DNA of 64,000 nucleotides from the NCBI GenBank assembly GCA_051645525.1, contig JBOFBK010000518.1:4013-68012 (forward strand). The letters are read 5' to 3'. This stretch comes from Dermatophilaceae bacterium (GTDB lineage: Bacteria; Actinomycetota; Actinomycetes; Actinomycetales; Dermatophilaceae). Positions 62,409 to 64,000 of the stretch are shown one piece after another. The position numbers were made by a program, and so were the translations under genes. The notes beneath the pieces are model-generated. The model ran no database searches and was not told the origin of the DNA. It saw only the letters and a program-made list of their open reading frames with translations. How positions within the stretch are numbered: position 1 is the first letter of the stretch; every line of letters starts with the position of its first letter.

Positions 62409-64000
62409 ATGACGTCGTACGGTGCGGTGATGGTGTCCCGTACCGAGCACGCTGTCCGCACCGGCCCGGTCTCCCGTCGTCGACCGGCTACCGCCTTCTC
62501 CCGTCGTCGACCGGCTACTGCCTTCTCCCGTCGTCGACCAGCGGCCGCGTCGGCTCTGGGTCGTGCCGCGGCCGTCGTCGTGACCGCGGGCCTGACCGCG
62601 GGTCTGGTCGGGGCCGCTCCCGCTCCGGCTCAGGGCCGTTCGGCTCCGGTGGGGCACGATCTGCCCAAGGTGCCGGTGATGACCGGTTCGGGCGGCGCGG
62701 TGGCCTCGGTCGATCCGGTGGCCAGCCAGGTCGGCATCGACGTGCTGAAGGCCGGTGGCAACGCCACCGACGCCGCGATCGCCACGGCCGCCGCCCTCGG
62801 GGTCACCGAGCCGTACTCGACCGGCATCGGCGGCGGCGGGTTCTTCGTCTACCGTGACGGCCGCTCGGGCCGGGTGTCCACCGTCGACGGCCGCGAGACC
62901 GCCCCGGCGACCTACGACGAGCGGTCGTTCCTCGACCCGAGCGGCGTGCCGCTGCCGTTCGGGTCGGTCGTCAGCTCCGGACGCTCGGTCGGGGTGCCGG
63001 GCACTCCGGCCACCTGGCAGCGCGCGGCCGACCGGTGGGGCACGATGCGGCTGTCGACCTTGTTGGCGCCGGCCGAGCGCATCGCCCGCGAGGGTTTCGT
63101 CGTCGACCAGACCTTCAGCGACCAGACCGCGCAGAACGCCGACCGTTTCCGGCTCTTCCCGGAGACCGAGCGGGTCTACCTGCCCGGCGGTGCTCCTCCC
63201 GCGGTCGGCTCGGTGTTCCGCAACCCCGACCTGGCCCGGGCCTATCGCGTGCTGCGCACGGACGGTGTGGAGAGCATGTACCGGGGCCGGATCGCGCGGG
63301 CGGTCGTCGCCGAGTCGACCGACCCGAGCACGGCACCGGGTGTCGAGGTCCCGGCCGGCGAGCTGACGATGCGCGACCTGCGGGCCTACCGGGCACTGGA
63401 CAAGGAGCCCGTGCGCTCGGAGTACCGGGGCAAGGACATCTACGGGATGCCGGTGCCGAGCAGCGGCGGCATCGCGGTCGCCGAGACGCTCAACCTGGTC
63501 GAGGCATACGACGAGCGCACCGGCACGCCGACGGCCGGAGTGGACCAGGTGCAGTACCTCCACCGCTTCTCCGAGGCCACCGCAACCGCCTTCGCCGACC
63601 GCAACCGCCGGGTCGGCGACGTGCCAGGCGTGCCGACCGCCGAGCTGGTCTCGCAGGAGTTCGCCGACGAGCGGGCGTGCACGTTCGACCCCGCCGCCAC
63701 CCAGCCGCGGCCGGTCCCGTTCGGCGCTCCGGACGGCAGCTACGCTGACTGCGCCGACGGCGGAGCCGGCCAGGCCCCGCCGAACGAGGAGGTCTCCACG
63801 ACCCATCTCTCCGTGGTCGACCGATGGGGCAACGCCGTCGCCTACACCTCGACGATCGAGGCCACCGGAGGGTCGGGCATCACCGTCCCGGGCTGGGGCT
63901 TCATCCTCAACAACGAGCTCACCGACTTCAGCTTCGCGCCCTCGACTCCCGGCGTGCCCGACCCCAACCTGCCCGGGCCGGGCAAGCGGCCGCGGTCGTC
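62409..64000 (+). CDS. ggt: gamma-glutamyltranspeptidase, 5' part (runs off the right window edge)
   Basis: Not in the ORF track because there is no stop in the window. I hand-translated the frame that starts at ATG 62409 and it stays open to 64000. Motifs: GGAVASVDPVASQVGIDVLKAGGNATDAAIA, TEPYSTGIGGGGF, and the catalytic STTHLSVVDRWGNAV. Confidence 0.85.
   Translation, partial: MTSYGAVMVSRTEHAVRTGPVSRRRPATAFSRRRPATAFSRRRPAAASALGRAAAVVVTAGLTAGLVGAAPAPAQGRSAPVGHDLPKVPVMTGSGGAVASVDPVASQVGIDVLKAGGNATDAAIATAAALGVTEPYSTGIGGGGFFVYRDGRSGRVSTVDGRETAPATYDERSFLDPSGVPLPFGSVVSSGRSVGVPGTPATWQRAADRWGTMRLSTLLAPAERIAREGFVVDQTFSDQTAQNADRFRLFPETERVYLPGGAPPAVGSVFRNPDLARAYRVLRTDGVESMYRGRIARAVVAESTDPSTAPGVEVPAGELTMRDLRAYRALDKEPVRSEYRGKDIYGMPVPSSGGIAVAETLNLVEAYDERTGTPTAGVDQVQYLHRFSEATATAFADRNRRVGDVPGVPTAELVSQEFADERACTFDPAATQPRPVPFGAPDGSYADCADGGAGQAPPNEEVSTTHLSVVDRWGNAVAYTSTIEATGGSGITVPGWGFILNNELTDFSFAPSTPGVPDPNLPGPGKRPRS
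62470..62539 (+). repeat. 27-bp in-frame tandem repeat x2.6 inside the ggt signal-peptide n-region
   Basis: Units at 62470-62496, 62497-62523 (1 mismatch) and a partial unit at 62524-62539. They encode SRRRPATAF SRRRPATAF SRRRPAAAS. Confidence 0.9.

Noticed and set aside
60687-63806. 1039-aa minus-strand ORF spanning miaA, dapF and ggt
   Set aside because: It is antisense to three well-supported genes and extremely Arg/Gly/Pro-rich. It is an artefact of stop-codon depletion at this GC level.

Overview
This is a very GC-rich (about 70% or more), densely coding actinobacterial chromosome segment. I found no rRNA, tRNA, CRISPR array, transposase or integrase. All protein calls come from reading motifs in the supplied translations; nothing was searched against a database.

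The backbone gene order is dapB ... thyA-folA, dapA-rnj, ftsK, rimO, pgsA-cinA-clgR, DUF3046, recA-recX, miaB, miaA-dapF. This matches the conserved actinobacterial arrangement known from M. tuberculosis Rv2773c to Rv2726c. Accessory blocks interrupt it:
- A YbaB-like / WXG-like / glycine-zipper membrane protein / 4-TM protein cassette at 0.7-2.9 kb, bracketed by a perfect 20-nt direct repeat.
- An 11.8 kb translationally coupled nitrate/nitrite assimilation plus siroheme operon: narK, nitrate reductase, nirBD, cysG-like, HemD-wHTH fusion, CbiX/SirB, and a CX5R phosphatase.
- Assorted hydrolases, azlCD and a GNAT.
- A lower-GC orphan islet between rnj and ftsK with a frameshifted HEPN-like fragment.
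- lhr-nei, vapBC and aguAB.
- Two ABC-2 exporter operons preceded by unusual repeats.
- A degenerate-receiver/TrxR-like flavoprotein and def, inserted between miaB and miaA.

The most striking element is a complete 432-aa LAGLIDADG intein that splits the RecA Walker-A loop (GPESSGK|TT).

Other signals:
- An SOS box plus a RecA-NDp (PafBC-type) motif upstream of recA, and a RecA-NDp-like motif upstream of lhr.
- About a dozen TANNNT hexamers 6-7 nt before start codons, which suggests leaderless genes.
- Several short tandem duplications at gene junctions.
- An in-frame triplication of the RRR motif in the ggt signal peptide.
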